IMG/VR virus record: IMGVR_UViG_3300044691_000347
Span: 1-64,000 of that record
Source of the DNA: a virus
Strand: one strand, 5' to 3'
Length of the DNA: 64,000 bases
Shown here piece after piece: positions 1 to 9,937 of this stretch; position 1 is the first letter of the stretch; every line of letters begins with the position of its first letter. The notes beneath the pieces are model-generated. The model did not search any database. It was not told the DNA's origin and saw nothing but the letters and a program-made list of their open reading frames with translations. The translations under genes and the position numbers were made by a program.

Positions 1-235
1 TGCGCGGCTTACGGGTAGCGCGAGCAGGCTTCGGCTCGGCAGCAGGCTTCGGCCCATCTGCGGGCTTGATCTCGTCGACAGTCTCAGGCGCCGGCTCAGG
101 CTTCGGCTCGGCGGCCTTCTGCTCGGAGGCAGGAACCTCCCGCCAGTACGACCAGAACAGCAAGTCGGGGCGCGGCTCGGCTGACTGGACTACCAAAGCC
201 TGATCGTCGCCCGTGTATTCATAGACGTAGGGCAC
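1..235 (-). CDS. Small Pro/Glu/Lys-rich virion-module protein following the major capsid gene, truncated at the window edge
   Basis: GTG at 235 with GGAGA RBS at 241-245; reads MPYVYEYTGDDQALVVQSAEPRPDLLFWSYWREV...EPKPEPAP and stays open to position 1. Confidence 0.7.
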   Translation of the reverse strand, partial: MPYVYEYTGDDQALVVQSAEPRPDLLFWSYWREVPASEQKAAEPKPEPAPETVDEIKPADGPKPAAEPKPARATRKPR

Positions 236-308
236 TGAGTTCTCCAAATACATTGCTGCGTTACCGTGCCCCCGGCAGCCGCGAGGACTGCCGAGGGCAC
301 AGGACGAA

Positions 309-1229
309 TTAGGTGGCGAGTGCTCCGCGCAGCAGGACGCCGCGGTTTGCGTCGAGGACCTTCACGCCAAACAGCATGTCCAGCGAAATAACATCGCTCT
401 TCAAATGCATGTCGTACTGCTTGACAATGCGGATCGACAGACCCTTGTACGACTCGATTCCCGCCCAAGTGTTATCAGTGGGCAGAGCCAGAGTCGCCGA
501 CGCAAACGCCGTGCTGGTCTGGTGGAACGCCAACCCGACTTCAGTGGTAGGCGCACCGGTCGCAGGCGAACCCGCCGGCTGAGCAATATTCTGGGTCATG
601 AAAGTGTTGAAGCCCAGCAGGTTGTCGCCCAGCGAACCCTGACGCAGCACGGCAGTGCTGCCCGAGTGCTCCGCGAACTTCAGCCAGTCGCTATTCGACC
701 AGCTGGCCTTAGCGGTGGGGCCAACGACGGCATTACGCTGCGAAGACGCCACCTTCTGCACGTCCAACTGACGGCCAGCCTCGATCAGAGTCTCCGGCTT
801 ATTGAATTCGTATCCGGTCTGAGTGCCCGCAACCTGAGTGAACCCAGCCAGCATGCCCGCGATGATCGCCCGGTCCGCAGCCTGAGCCAGAGCCTCAGAG
901 GCAGGCATCAGGAACTGTGCATCAAAATCTTCCAGGCGCAAAGTCAAATCCTGCGAAGTGATCTGGAACGACACATCCTTGTGGGTATCCAGGACGACAG
1001 CCACACCGGTTTCCGTCGCGTTCTGGACGGTGATCGACGGCGAGGTCGGATCGAAAGTATTCGCGGTGAAAGTCGCGGGCTTCCGGATGGTGACAGACGA
1101 ACCGATCTTTTGACCGGTCCATTCCTGGGAAACGTCGGTGTAAACCAACGGAACAATTCCGAGCTGTTCGTACAGGTTCGCGAGCGTCTGCTTAGCAATA
1201 ACACTCGGGGTGAGCAGGGTATTAGCCAT
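309..1229 (-). CDS. Major capsid protein (P22 coat-like, HK97 fold)
   Basis: 306 aa, MANTLLTPSVIAKQTL...VTIRKP...DMLFGVKVLD; AGGAG RBS; follows portal, minor capsid and scaffold. Confidence 0.9.
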   Translation of the reverse strand: MANTLLTPSVIAKQTLANLYEQLGIVPLVYTDVSQEWTGQKIGSSVTIRKPATFTANTFDPTSPSITVQNATETGVAVVLDTHKDVSFQITSQDLTLRLEDFDAQFLMPASEALAQAADRAIIAGMLAGFTQVAGTQTGYEFNKPETLIEAGRQLDVQKVASSQRNAVVGPTAKASWSNSDWLKFAEHSGSTAVLRQGSLGDNLLGFNTFMTQNIAQPAGSPATGAPTTEVGLAFHQTSTAFASATLALPTDNTWAGIESYKGLSIRIVKQYDMHLKSDVISLDMLFGVKVLDANRGVLLRGALAT

Positions 1230-1246
1230 TAAGGTTGGCTCCTAGA

Positions 1247-2008
1247 TTAGGACCATTCACGCTTTTTTTGATCGCGTTCGCGTTTTTCGCGGCGAAGGTC
1301 GTCGATGGATTTTTCTCCAGTCGGTTTCGTTGAACCGTTTCCGCTGGAGAGGTCACCGCCGCTTCGGGGAGCCGCCACCTGGACAGCCTTTTTCAGCTTC
1401 GGGTTAGTGGTGACTGCGTTTTCGACAATGGCTTCCACCTGGGAAGAGAAATCGTCGGCAGTCGGATCGAGCTGCGCCAGCGCACCCGTACCAGTCAGGT
1501 ATGGGGCGAGGATGCTCGTGTCGCCGTCATGCTTTTCAGCAGCAGCATTCAATGCTTTTTCAATACGCAGCGTGCGCAATTCGGTTGCCACAGTGTCACG
1601 TTCCGCAGAGAGCTGCGCTTCCCGCGCAGATGCCTGCTTCAGCAGCTCCTCAGGAGCAAGCGGGGCATCCTCAACGAAACCTAAAGCGCGACCAAGCCTC
1701 TCAGTCAGAGACTTCTGTGCGTCCGATGCTTCCTGCGCCTGCCGGGCTGCCGCCTGGGCGGCCTTCTCGGCGTCCTTAGCTTTGACGCGGGTAGCGGCGT
1801 TCTCGTCACGCAATTTGCGGACATATGATTCGTCGTAGGTTTTCGTAGACTTATCGGTATCAACCGAGTCAGTAACGACAATATCGGTTTCGGTGCCCTG
1901 TACATCGGCACCGATATCCGTGGTGCTGTCGACAGTCGCCGTAGTGTCCACGGTTTCAGTCACAGCGTTTTCAGTTGTGGTTTCCTGGATGGTGGCTTCG
2001 TCGGCCAT
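1247..2008 (-). CDS. Capsid scaffolding protein
   Basis: Acidic Thr-rich N-terminus, YVRKLRDENA coiled-coil, RSGGD C-terminal motif; start MADEATIQ after a CAGGAGG RBS; directly upstream of the capsid gene. Confidence 0.85.
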   Translation of the reverse strand: MADEATIQETTTENAVTETVDTTATVDSTTDIGADVQGTETDIVVTDSVDTDKSTKTYDESYVRKLRDENAATRVKAKDAEKAAQAAARQAQEASDAQKSLTERLGRALGFVEDAPLAPEELLKQASAREAQLSAERDTVATELRTLRIEKALNAAAEKHDGDTSILAPYLTGTGALAQLDPTADDFSSQVEAIVENAVTTNPKLKKAVQVAAPRSGGDLSSGNGSTKPTGEKSIDDLRREKRERDQKKREWS

Positions 2009-2063
2009 TGAATGTGCCTCCTGGACACTGAGAAACACCAGACGGCACCAGGCCGGAACGGTG

Positions 2064-2097
2064 TTGAAATGACGAAACCCCCGACATAGTCGGGGGT
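2064..2097 (-). terminator. Intrinsic terminator-like hairpin between the minor capsid and scaffold genes
   Basis: ACCCCCGAC-TAT-GTCGGGGGT stem followed by TTCGTCATTTC on the minus strand. Confidence 0.7.
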
Positions 2098-2141
2098 CAG
2101 AACCCGCAATAGAGCGGGACAATTAGGAAGGGGACGGATGC

Positions 2142-3122
2142 CTATCGGTGCACGGCAATGCGGGCAGCTGCTACGCGCTGACGTACACGGCTACGACGTA
2201 CTAATGCAGACTGCTGGCGTCGAGCCTCGCGCACACTGTCGGATAGCCTGATCGCCGCGGGGGGTGCCGGATCATCCGGTGTCCACACGCCGATCGTGTG
2301 ACGGCATCCTCTGTGGAATAGGCCGCGCTCGCGTGCCTGGTCGAGTGAGCACATCACGTTCGCGGGGATTGCTTGCCCGGTAGCAGTGTCTCGGGTGATC
2401 GCGCCGGCGATCCCGCCGCTGATCGACAGGATTTGACCTTCGAAGGGCGTGCACAGTGGGCAACTGCCCGGAACGTCGGACACGATGATGAGGTCGTAGC
2501 CGTTGTCGGTGAGTTGTTGAGTGTAGGACTCGACTTCAGCGTGTGAGATCGCCGTTCTGACAGTGGTTTCCGCGTAGCTCACGAGGTCGTAGCGCCGGTT
2601 GTGGCGATCTACGAACCCGGTGATGCCGAGGCGCGCGAACCTGTCCAGGACGCGTTGGGTCAGCGTGCGGCGGTCATATTCACTGCCTGCGCCTGCGTCA
2701 TGTGACGATTCAGCTACCGTCTTGCGGTATATGGTTTCGGCGGCTTCCGGGATCTGCCGGTGCGCTACAGCCAGGGCCGCAGTCACCTGCTCGACAAGAT
2801 CGCGTGCCGCGGCCTCGTCGACGTGACGCGCGATATGTGGGAGGTCAGTACGTGCCGCAGTCGCACCGTCGCGCCATGCGCTCATCAACGCTCTCGTCAC
2901 ACGGGCACGAGACTCCGCATCTAGTTCGGCGACGATCTTCGCGACACCGTGCCGGAACCGAGGTAGCCACAGCAAGGTCCGCTGAAACCATGTCGGCCCG
3001 TAGCCCTTTTCAGCGGCCAACGATGTTGCGATCCAACGCAACACCGACTGCTCGGCTTTGGAGTAAAGCGAGATAACCGGGCCTGCATGCTGGTCACCGT
3101 AGGAGGGCGTCAACGGCATCAT
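2142..3122 (-). CDS. Phage minor capsid / MuF-like head morphogenesis protein
   Basis: GITGFVD, CPLCTPFEGQILS and GLFHRGCRH motifs; ATGA overlap with the portal gene. Confidence 0.85.
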   Translation of the reverse strand: MMPLTPSYGDQHAGPVISLYSKAEQSVLRWIATSLAAEKGYGPTWFQRTLLWLPRFRHGVAKIVAELDAESRARVTRALMSAWRDGATAARTDLPHIARHVDEAAARDLVEQVTAALAVAHRQIPEAAETIYRKTVAESSHDAGAGSEYDRRTLTQRVLDRFARLGITGFVDRHNRRYDLVSYAETTVRTAISHAEVESYTQQLTDNGYDLIIVSDVPGSCPLCTPFEGQILSISGGIAGAITRDTATGQAIPANVMCSLDQARERGLFHRGCRHTIGVWTPDDPAPPAAIRLSDSVREARRQQSALVRRSRVRQRVAAARIAVHR

Positions 3123-4774
3123 GCAGCCATCGGTGTTTCGGCAGCGACTCCCCCATTGGTGTTGTCGCTGTCGGTGCCGTCGTCTTGGAGATCACTATGC
3201 GCCTGCATCGTTGGGTCTTCCGGTGGCTGTCCCGCGAAATCACCGGGCGCCGGCACCGATACCTGCATTTCTTCCTTGATGCGATCCACTTCCGCATCAA
3301 CGTCGTCGCTGGACATGTTCGGGTTGAACATGCGGACGCTAGCCTCAATCGAGATCGCGTCAGCGGTACGAAGGTTCATGATGGTTTGCGACAGCTGAAT
3401 CGGGCTCTGATCGGCGCGTACCGGAAACTTCATTTCCGGGTTAGCTTTGATGCCGTAGCTGCCGCCGTACACGATCTGGTCTACTTCGAGCATCGTGCGC
3501 GCCAGTGGAGCCATCGCCGACTGCCAGTACAAAACCTTCTTGGACCGGGTGCGGTTCGAAAGATCCTGCCGTGCAGACACTTCCGTCGCCGTGATGCTGG
3601 ACGCCATCTGGTCGTCACCGAAATCGCCGATACTGTAGCCAGCAGCAACGAGGATACGGTTCATCAGAGCATCGCAAGTCGCCTTGTGCTCTGCATGCCG
3701 GATCTCGAATTGCTGCGCCTGCACAAGACTGCTCTTATCTTCCGGCAGCCCCATCGCAGTTCCCGGGACAGGACTATAGATTGCCTGCTCAGGATCCCAA
3801 TACGAGCCGTTGCCGGGACCAGCATCCGTCAGCGCGTCCTCCGCGACAAATAGACGTGCCTTGGCTAGGTCGAGGTCCCGCATCCATGAGCTATAGGCTT
3901 CATCGAGCGAATCGAACAGCGACTCAAGCCCCTCAAAGTCGCTGCGTCCCAACGGACTCAGCATGGGGACGTTGCGCCACTTGCGAGAGGGGCGGACATT
4001 CGGGACGTATGCGGCAGTCAAGCCGCTAACACGCGTCGCGATTGACCCGTTCGTGTCGACGAGATCCGCGGCCCACGCTGTAGCCGGCTGCTCGCTCAGG
4101 TCTGCCAGACGCCCAATGTCGCCGTCGTCGCCCTTATAGAGGGCATGGAAGATAGCGCCCGGCTCGTGCCGTTCCAGATGACGCCACACACCAGTCTTGT
4201 CATCGCACACGGTCGTCCAAAACGTGACCGCGGACAGCATGCCGTAACGCCACTCGGGGATAGCGCAATCGGGTGCGACGGTACCAACCATGACTTTGTC
4301 GACAGCGTCTTTATCCCACCACAAGCGCAGGTACGCGCCGCCTAGGGCCGCTTGAATTTCGGCGGCCTCCAGTAGCGTCGCGACCGTATCCGCGCCCTCC
4401 AAGAGAATGTTCAGGCGATCCTGCGCGGCCCCCAAATCGGATGCTTCGCCATCAGTCAGCACCCACTGCGGCGGCTGCCCGAACAGAAGATCAGCGGACG
4501 TGCGCGCCACATCCGCAGGCGCCGGAACATGCAGACGTTTCGTGCTGGACTGCATGGGAGGACGCCCCCACCAGAAGCGGGCAAGTCGGCCCAGGAAGCC
4601 GCTGTAATACTGAGAGCGGTGCGCAACAGCAGGTGTGCCATCGGGGAACAATTGGTACAAGCGCTGAAGGGTGAAGGTGTCGCCTTCGAGCCAGGCGCTC
4701 CACAGGTTGTAGGCATCTTGAGCTTGATCCCACGGTTCGGGCGGCCACACACCACTGTAATCGGGCATCGGCAT
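3119..4774 (-). CDS. Portal protein (SPP1/A118-like)
   Basis: 551 aa, GRSDF...LDEAYSSWMRDL, ITATEV, acidic tail; lies between terminase and minor capsid. Confidence 0.9.
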   Translation of the reverse strand: MPMPDYSGVWPPEPWDQAQDAYNLWSAWLEGDTFTLQRLYQLFPDGTPAVAHRSQYYSGFLGRLARFWWGRPPMQSSTKRLHVPAPADVARTSADLLFGQPPQWVLTDGEASDLGAAQDRLNILLEGADTVATLLEAAEIQAALGGAYLRLWWDKDAVDKVMVGTVAPDCAIPEWRYGMLSAVTFWTTVCDDKTGVWRHLERHEPGAIFHALYKGDDGDIGRLADLSEQPATAWAADLVDTNGSIATRVSGLTAAYVPNVRPSRKWRNVPMLSPLGRSDFEGLESLFDSLDEAYSSWMRDLDLAKARLFVAEDALTDAGPGNGSYWDPEQAIYSPVPGTAMGLPEDKSSLVQAQQFEIRHAEHKATCDALMNRILVAAGYSIGDFGDDQMASSITATEVSARQDLSNRTRSKKVLYWQSAMAPLARTMLEVDQIVYGGSYGIKANPEMKFPVRADQSPIQLSQTIMNLRTADAISIEASVRMFNPNMSSDDVDAEVDRIKEEMQVSVPAPGDFAGQPPEDPTMQAHSDLQDDGTDSDNTNGGVAAETPMAA

Positions 4775-4843
4775 GCGGGCGGCCTCCCAGAGGATGTGTT
4801 CGCGCCCAAATCCGGTGCAGCGCTGTGAAGTTGGTTGAGTTCC

Positions 4844-6067
4844 TTACAGGAACGCGAGGTCAGACCAGCCGAGCGGGGAATGCTCACCCACGAGGTAGGT
4901 CAAGATGCCGGAGCGGGAGTAGCGACCGGAGATATCGCGCAGCCATTTCGAGCCGCCGTCCAGACTTGGGGCTTGGAACACCGAGCAACTGCCCATATCC
5001 CATGCCGCGAAGTGGTGCCGATGAGCTGTTTGCCAGATCCTGGCGCGATGCGCCTTCTCGTCTCCGCGCGCCTGACCGTTTAGCCACTTCTCAAACGACG
5101 AGGCATCGCCGTTCCCGGGCACCTTATGCCCATGATTGAAAGCGAGCGGGATACCTGCGGCAGCGGTGTACACGTTCATTTCGTCGTGCGGGATCGTCCA
5201 CTTTACGTGGTCGAAGGCGGCGTGACCGGTGAGAGTACGCCGTAGTGTTTCAGCCAAGAAGCCGCCGACATTGTCAGAATCGGAGGTCTTGTTGTCCCGA
5301 CCAGACTGTCTAGATAACTGTCCATGATTACATAGCACTGAGACAAACTGAGCCTTGGAGAACTGGGGAAAGAGTTGCTTGGCATACAGCTGCCACATGT
5401 CGAGGGCGAAGTTCATCTGACCGCGCAAGTTGAGTTCAACCGTAAAAAGCTGGCTCTGGTAGCTTCCATCGCAACCCTCGATCGGATCACCGTTGTTGAC
5501 AAGCACAAGTTCCGCTACGTCGTACGTAGACGACATCCGGTTCAGCCAATGCTGAACGTTCTCTAAACCGTCCGTAAGGCGCTTCTGGGTGGCAGCAACG
5601 CCGCCGCCCTCACTCTTGCCGCCCTGGATGTCCGCCAGGTTGACTACAGCGGCTACGGGTGGTCGGTTTGGCCGTACGGGCCGATCCTGTCCAGCGGTGA
5701 GATTGAAGTGCTTCGGCATCTTCCACGCCCGAAGTTCGGCGCGGCGCTGCTCTACTTCGTCATCCGGGATGCGCTGTTTCGGTTTGCGCTTGAATCGGGC
5801 CGAATATGAGTATAGTTGCACCGTGTCGCGGTCGCCGCTATTGGTACGTTTAGACTGCTGCCACGTGGAGCAACGGACGGTGTCGTCCACAACCTCGAAC
5901 TCGTCAGCGTTCAGTTTGAACAGCTCGAAGACATGCGCCCAATCATCGTTAATGGGCGCATCGACGACTACATTGTTGACGGTGGCGCCATCGCTGGTTA
6001 CGTCGATGGATCCCCTGTTTTGCGGGTCGCGCGGTTCGACGTCGGCGATTGCGTCTGCGAGGCTCAC
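4844..6067 (-). CDS. Calcineurin-like metallophosphoesterase / exonuclease
   Basis: Motifs DIQ, GDPIEG, NHG, HGH, HRHH; GTG start at 6067 overlaps the upstream stop (GTGA). Confidence 0.75.
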   Translation of the reverse strand: MSLADAIADVEPRDPQNRGSIDVTSDGATVNNVVVDAPINDDWAHVFELFKLNADEFEVVDDTVRCSTWQQSKRTNSGDRDTVQLYSYSARFKRKPKQRIPDDEVEQRRAELRAWKMPKHFNLTAGQDRPVRPNRPPVAAVVNLADIQGGKSEGGGVAATQKRLTDGLENVQHWLNRMSSTYDVAELVLVNNGDPIEGCDGSYQSQLFTVELNLRGQMNFALDMWQLYAKQLFPQFSKAQFVSVLCNHGQLSRQSGRDNKTSDSDNVGGFLAETLRRTLTGHAAFDHVKWTIPHDEMNVYTAAAGIPLAFNHGHKVPGNGDASSFEKWLNGQARGDEKAHRARIWQTAHRHHFAAWDMGSCSVFQAPSLDGGSKWLRDISGRYSRSGILTYLVGEHSPLGWSDLAFL

Positions 6068-6318
6068 TCGACGATCCCCAATCCGAGGAAGCAAGAACAC
6101 CTGGCGCGACAGTGCCGCCGGAACTGGGTTTCGCCTGCCTCGCAACCGTTTTTGATCGCCAACTTGTGCAAGTCGGCGACTGCGCCAGCGCGCTCCAAAA
6201 AGTCTTGAAAAGCGTCCCGATCCCGGTCCGCAAGTCCAGCAACCCAAATCCCAGTCTTACACGGGTTCGGCTTCCGGGACTGCTGCGCATGGTCAAACAC
6301 GTCATCCGCGAATGACAT
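6064..6318 (-). CDS. Small Cys/His-containing protein coupled to the metallophosphoesterase
   Basis: MSFADD...CKTG...FRRHCRARCSC; GGAGGCGG RBS; translationally coupled. Confidence 0.7.
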   Translation of the reverse strand: MSFADDVFDHAQQSRKPNPCKTGIWVAGLADRDRDAFQDFLERAGAVADLHKLAIKNGCEAGETQFRRHCRARCSCFLGLGIVE

Positions 6319-6388
6319 TCCGCCTCCTTGATCCACCTTCTAGATCAATCATATTGACGGAAGCAAACCCGACAGTCGGGCCGCGTTA

Positions 6389-7684
6389 TCATGCAGCGAC
6401 ATTCGACAGCTTCACATGCCGGCGCCACTTACGTTCAGTTGACAGACACCCGTACCGGATAGCGTCAAGACCGTGATCATTCAGTTTGATCGGCTGATCG
6501 CGGCCTTCGGTCGTGGCCTTCGTGTCCCACATGTATCCGGGAATCTCTTTCAGGAGGCCCGCGCACCTGTCAGAAACCTTGAGCTTGTCAGAGCTGAATA
6601 GGGCGGACATCGTTCGAATCCCGTACAGAACTTCTTTGTTGGCGAGATAGGTTGTGAGCCCATCCTGTTTCAACTGGACCCGATAGTCTGTGGCGGATGA
6701 ATCCACGATGACCGGGCATGTGATGCGCGGCGGGTTGTCATGATCGTCACTCGGATGATGAGGTTTCGCCAGCCAATCCCGAAGTCCCTGCGACAGCTGC
6801 ACATTCGACCACCGGGCTTCACGATTGCTCGGCGCATACCGCCACTCGTCCAACGCATACAGGACGTTGTCGACACCAAGGCCGATCATCACTGCATGCG
6901 TAGGGTTGGTGGTTCCGTGGTCGACGCCAACACCGATATTCCATTGCATCTCAGGCAGTTCCGACCAGGGCACGACATGCCGGGCCGGATCGAAACAGTC
7001 GTAGACCGATCCCTCTGCTGCAACCCACTGGCCTAGAATGTTCCGTAGATAGAACAGGCCTTGATTCTCAGCTTTGATCGATGCTACGTATAAGGGATCG
7101 AGTGACGGGTTGTCGTCGAGGGTGAAATCCCACGCCTTCAAACGCATGTCGCGTTCATGCTGACGGTCGATGAAACCAGTCTTCAAATAGTGTTGCGGGT
7201 TGTCCGGGTTCGTCGTCGCCAAACAGCGGGCACCAGGAACAGAAAGGCGACCGAGGAGCTGATTCCAGAACGGTTGGGGAAGCAATGTTGCCTCATCGAC
7301 CAACGCCAAGCAGGCTGTCAGACCGCGGAGCTTCCCTTCCGACAGGACGTTGGCAGCACCGATGAGATGCACCATGCGGCCAAGGATTACAGCCGTGTTC
7401 GATCCGCGCGTGTGATGCACTTCAGACGCCCATGGACCGAAAACTTCCGGGTCCTGCATCGGCTCGATAATGTTCCGTTCGATCGTCTGCAATGTTCGCC
7501 CGCAGATCAGGATGAGTCCGGTGCTGGGAGCTTCCATCACAGCGCCGTAGAACGAGAGGATGGATGCGATTGTCTTGCCGGATCGGATCGCGCCGGACCA
7601 GATCGATACGCGTTGGTGTCGGGCTTCGACGATTGATCCGATCTGTTTGCGGGACAGCGGCAATGCGTCAAGCAGTTCGGTCAC
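6389..7684 (-). CDS. terL: Terminase large subunit (PBSX-like)
   Basis: Walker A GAIRSGKT, Walker B LVDE, TTNP motif, nuclease GVDHG and DHGLDAIRY. Confidence 0.95.
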   Translation of the reverse strand: MTELLDALPLSRKQIGSIVEARHQRVSIWSGAIRSGKTIASILSFYGAVMEAPSTGLILICGRTLQTIERNIIEPMQDPEVFGPWASEVHHTRGSNTAVILGRMVHLIGAANVLSEGKLRGLTACLALVDEATLLPQPFWNQLLGRLSVPGARCLATTNPDNPQHYLKTGFIDRQHERDMRLKAWDFTLDDNPSLDPLYVASIKAENQGLFYLRNILGQWVAAEGSVYDCFDPARHVVPWSELPEMQWNIGVGVDHGTTNPTHAVMIGLGVDNVLYALDEWRYAPSNREARWSNVQLSQGLRDWLAKPHHPSDDHDNPPRITCPVIVDSSATDYRVQLKQDGLTTYLANKEVLYGIRTMSALFSSDKLKVSDRCAGLLKEIPGYMWDTKATTEGRDQPIKLNDHGLDAIRYGCLSTERKWRRHVKLSNVAA

Positions 7685-8187
7685 TGCTCATCCGTCACAT
7701 CGTCGCGCTCGGCTGCGTCCGCGTTGTCGGCTTCATATACTTTTTCGAGAGCATCGAAGAAGCGCCCAACCATGCTTGACGTCTCGGTGCTGACGGTGCC
7801 CTTAGCTTCAGCGATGGCTTTCAACTCGGCAGACTTGTAGACGCCGGTGAGCCTTGCCCGCTGGTCCATGATGGCTAGGGCACGGTCGATGATCCAAGGT
7901 TGCGCGTCCCGCTGCTCGCGAGTGTCGAGTTCCTTGATCCGGGGCCAGATCGCGGCAAGCATCGCGTCGAGGCGCGACAGCTCCAACTCTAGGTATTCTT
8001 CGGCGCGCTCACGGGTGACGTTGGTGAGAGCGTGCTGTATGTAGTCGCTGATGGTGGACTTGTGCAAGCCCATCTCTTCAGCGATTTGTGACTGGTTCAT
8101 CCCGGACAAGCGGAGTTCTAGGGCGCGCTTGCGCCGTTCCTGCACTTCAAGCACTTGTTCAACGGGCTTCGTTTTCTTGCGTGCCAT
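7681..8187 (-). CDS. terS: Terminase small subunit (N-terminal HTH)
   Basis: RRKRALELRLSG-MNQSQIAEEMGLHKSTIS HTH; ATGA overlap with terL. Confidence 0.8.
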   Translation of the reverse strand: MARKKTKPVEQVLEVQERRKRALELRLSGMNQSQIAEEMGLHKSTISDYIQHALTNVTRERAEEYLELELSRLDAMLAAIWPRIKELDTREQRDAQPWIIDRALAIMDQRARLTGVYKSAELKAIAEAKGTVSTETSSMVGRFFDALEKVYEADNADAAERDDVTDEQ

Positions 8188-8232
8188 GATGGCGGACCTC
8201 CAGGAACGACGCCGGCGCCTGGCCGCACGTGT

Positions 8233-8388
8233 TCAAGTGGTGGGGACGGCTGACACCTGGTCAAGCCGGGAAAGGGGCACGATCTGTGCGTGCCCCGGTG
8301 TGATTGGTGTAATGAGTGCACGCCCGCGGTGGATGCGGGCGATCTCGTAGCGGCCGGAGCCGTCGAGTGTGACGATGTCGCGGGGCAT
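8233..8388 (-). CDS. Small hypothetical protein (51 aa)
   Basis: MPRDIVTLDGSGRYEIARIHRGRALITP...; fills the gap on the coding strand. Confidence 0.4.
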   Translation of the reverse strand: MPRDIVTLDGSGRYEIARIHRGRALITPITPGHAQIVPLSRLDQVSAVPTT

Positions 8389-8463
8389 GTAAAGCATTGC
8401 TCGCCAGCCTTTTTCGATTTTGTGTGCTGGGGCGAGCCAGACACGCCCCGTCGACAGGTCGTG

Positions 8464-9243
8464 CTAGTGAAGGTCCTTGGCGATCGGGAATGGACCGGCC
8501 TGACCGGTCAGAGCCTTGTAGTCGGCGTTCAGTGTGGCGCCGTCGACGTTGGCGGGCGAAACACCCTGTGCCGTCAGCCAATCGAGTGAAATTGGTGCCC
8601 AGAATTCATCAAAGTAGGTTGCCAGGAACGGGATATCCATCTCCTGGACGGCACCCCAAGTGACGGCGCTGAAGCTCTCTGCGTCGTACGCGCCGATCGG
8701 GACGCAATGGCCGCCCTCGATGGGGCTGCGCTTCACGACCGTCCATGGCTTGCCCGCGTTGAACTGGTCCATCGCGCTCTTGGGAACGTTGAAACCGGTG
8801 TACACGGCGCCGAACAGGTCGATGCAGGCGCGGATGGTGTCGAGGTCGCTGGCATCGAGCTGCGCGAACGCAACGATCTTGTGGCCCGCGATGCCGGTCT
8901 TGCGCCAGTAGTTCAGGGCATCTTGAAGGGTCGCGCCCTGATCGGTGGACGGGTCGCCTGGCTTGTATCCGCCGATCGCCTCATACATTTTGAGGATGTA
9001 GGCATCGGGAATGGGTGCGTTCTTGCCCTGCCCGTACCAGGCGAGTTGCTGGGCGACGTGACCTGCGCCGGCGCAAGTACAGTCGCCGAGCTGGTCATTC
9101 AAGCTCATGGGCCACGACGGCACCTTTGACAGCCAGTCAGCGGAGGCAGGCGGGGTGACACCGGGAAGGTGTGCGGCGGTCAGCTTCAGGCGAGGCTTGC
9201 TGGGATCGTTAGGGAGGCGACCAAAAAGACGCTGCTGTGTCAA
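8464..9243 (-). CDS. Papain-like (C1-type) cysteine peptidase
   Basis: DW...NDQLGDCTCA (catalytic Cys), GGHCV..GAYD (catalytic His), VTWG. Confidence 0.75.
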   Translation of the reverse strand: MTQQRLFGRLPNDPSKPRLKLTAAHLPGVTPPASADWLSKVPSWPMSLNDQLGDCTCAGAGHVAQQLAWYGQGKNAPIPDAYILKMYEAIGGYKPGDPSTDQGATLQDALNYWRKTGIAGHKIVAFAQLDASDLDTIRACIDLFGAVYTGFNVPKSAMDQFNAGKPWTVVKRSPIEGGHCVPIGAYDAESFSAVTWGAVQEMDIPFLATYFDEFWAPISLDWLTAQGVSPANVDGATLNADYKALTGQAGPFPIAKDLH

Positions 9244-9244
9244 G

Positions 9245-9472
9245 TTATTTCAACCTTGCGAGGAGGGAAAAGGGATCTATTTCGTCCGGGATCAATCCGG
9301 CGAGGTGAAGGGCTGTGATGCCGATCGCGGCACGAGTGGCAACCGGATGTTTCGTCAAGGCGCGGTGGCAGGCTGCGGTGAGCAGTTGATCTGCGGGCGT
9401 TGCGATCTCGTATGCTGCGATGACGGCAGCGACGACAACCCATGCGGGGCCGCCTCGAAGATGGGCGCGCAT
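9245..9472 (-). CDS. Small membrane protein of actinophage type
   Basis: AWVVVAAVIAAYEI...LLT...HL...IDPF hydrophobic pattern; TAATG coupling. Confidence 0.6.
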   Translation of the reverse strand: MRAHLRGGPAWVVVAAVIAAYEIATPADQLLTAACHRALTKHPVATRAAIGITALHLAGLIPDEIDPFSLLARLK

Positions 9473-9639
9473 TACTCTTCGTCTTCGCCGACTTCTTCGG
9501 GCATGAGAACGATCTGCGACATCGGATTCTGGGCCATGGCAGACCAGAGCGCGGCTACCAGATCTGTCGGTGAGACCTGGACGGGTTCAGGCATTTGGAT
9601 ATCGAGTTCGAACCAGAGAAACTTCAGCCGGAATTTCAT
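9472..9639 (-). CDS. Small hypothetical protein (55 aa)
   Basis: MKFRLKFLWFELDIQ...; AGGAGA RBS; TAATG overlap with the next gene. Confidence 0.6.
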   Translation of the reverse strand: MKFRLKFLWFELDIQMPEPVQVSPTDLVAALWSAMAQNPMSQIVLMPEEVGEDEE

Positions 9640-9667
9640 GGAATCTCCTGTCCGGCACCCGAAGTAG

Positions 9668-9937
9668 TTAGTCGGGGTCGTTCACTATGGCGCGGATACG
9701 GGTACCGCGATACTCCAGTAAGCCGAGCTGCACATGTAACGGGACGGCATTGTCTCGGGTGAACGTGCCAACGGAAGTCCATCGGTCGCCGTCTTCGTCG
9801 AATCCAGCGCGGGCGCCGATCACCACAAAGTCAGTGAGTACACCGCGGTCCGGGTCGTCGATGTAGGCAGCCCACACAGCCTCTACTGCGACGGTTAGTG
9901 CCTCGTCGGCAGCTCGCTGTTCAGGCGTCCGCGACAT
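9668..9937 (-). CDS. Hypothetical phage protein
   Basis: MSRTPEQRAADEALT...LGLLEY; overlaps the end of nrdH. Confidence 0.6.
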   Translation of the reverse strand: MSRTPEQRAADEALTVAVEAVWAAYIDDPDRGVLTDFVVIGARAGFDEDGDRWTSVGTFTRDNAVPLHVQLGLLEYRGTRIRAIVNDPD

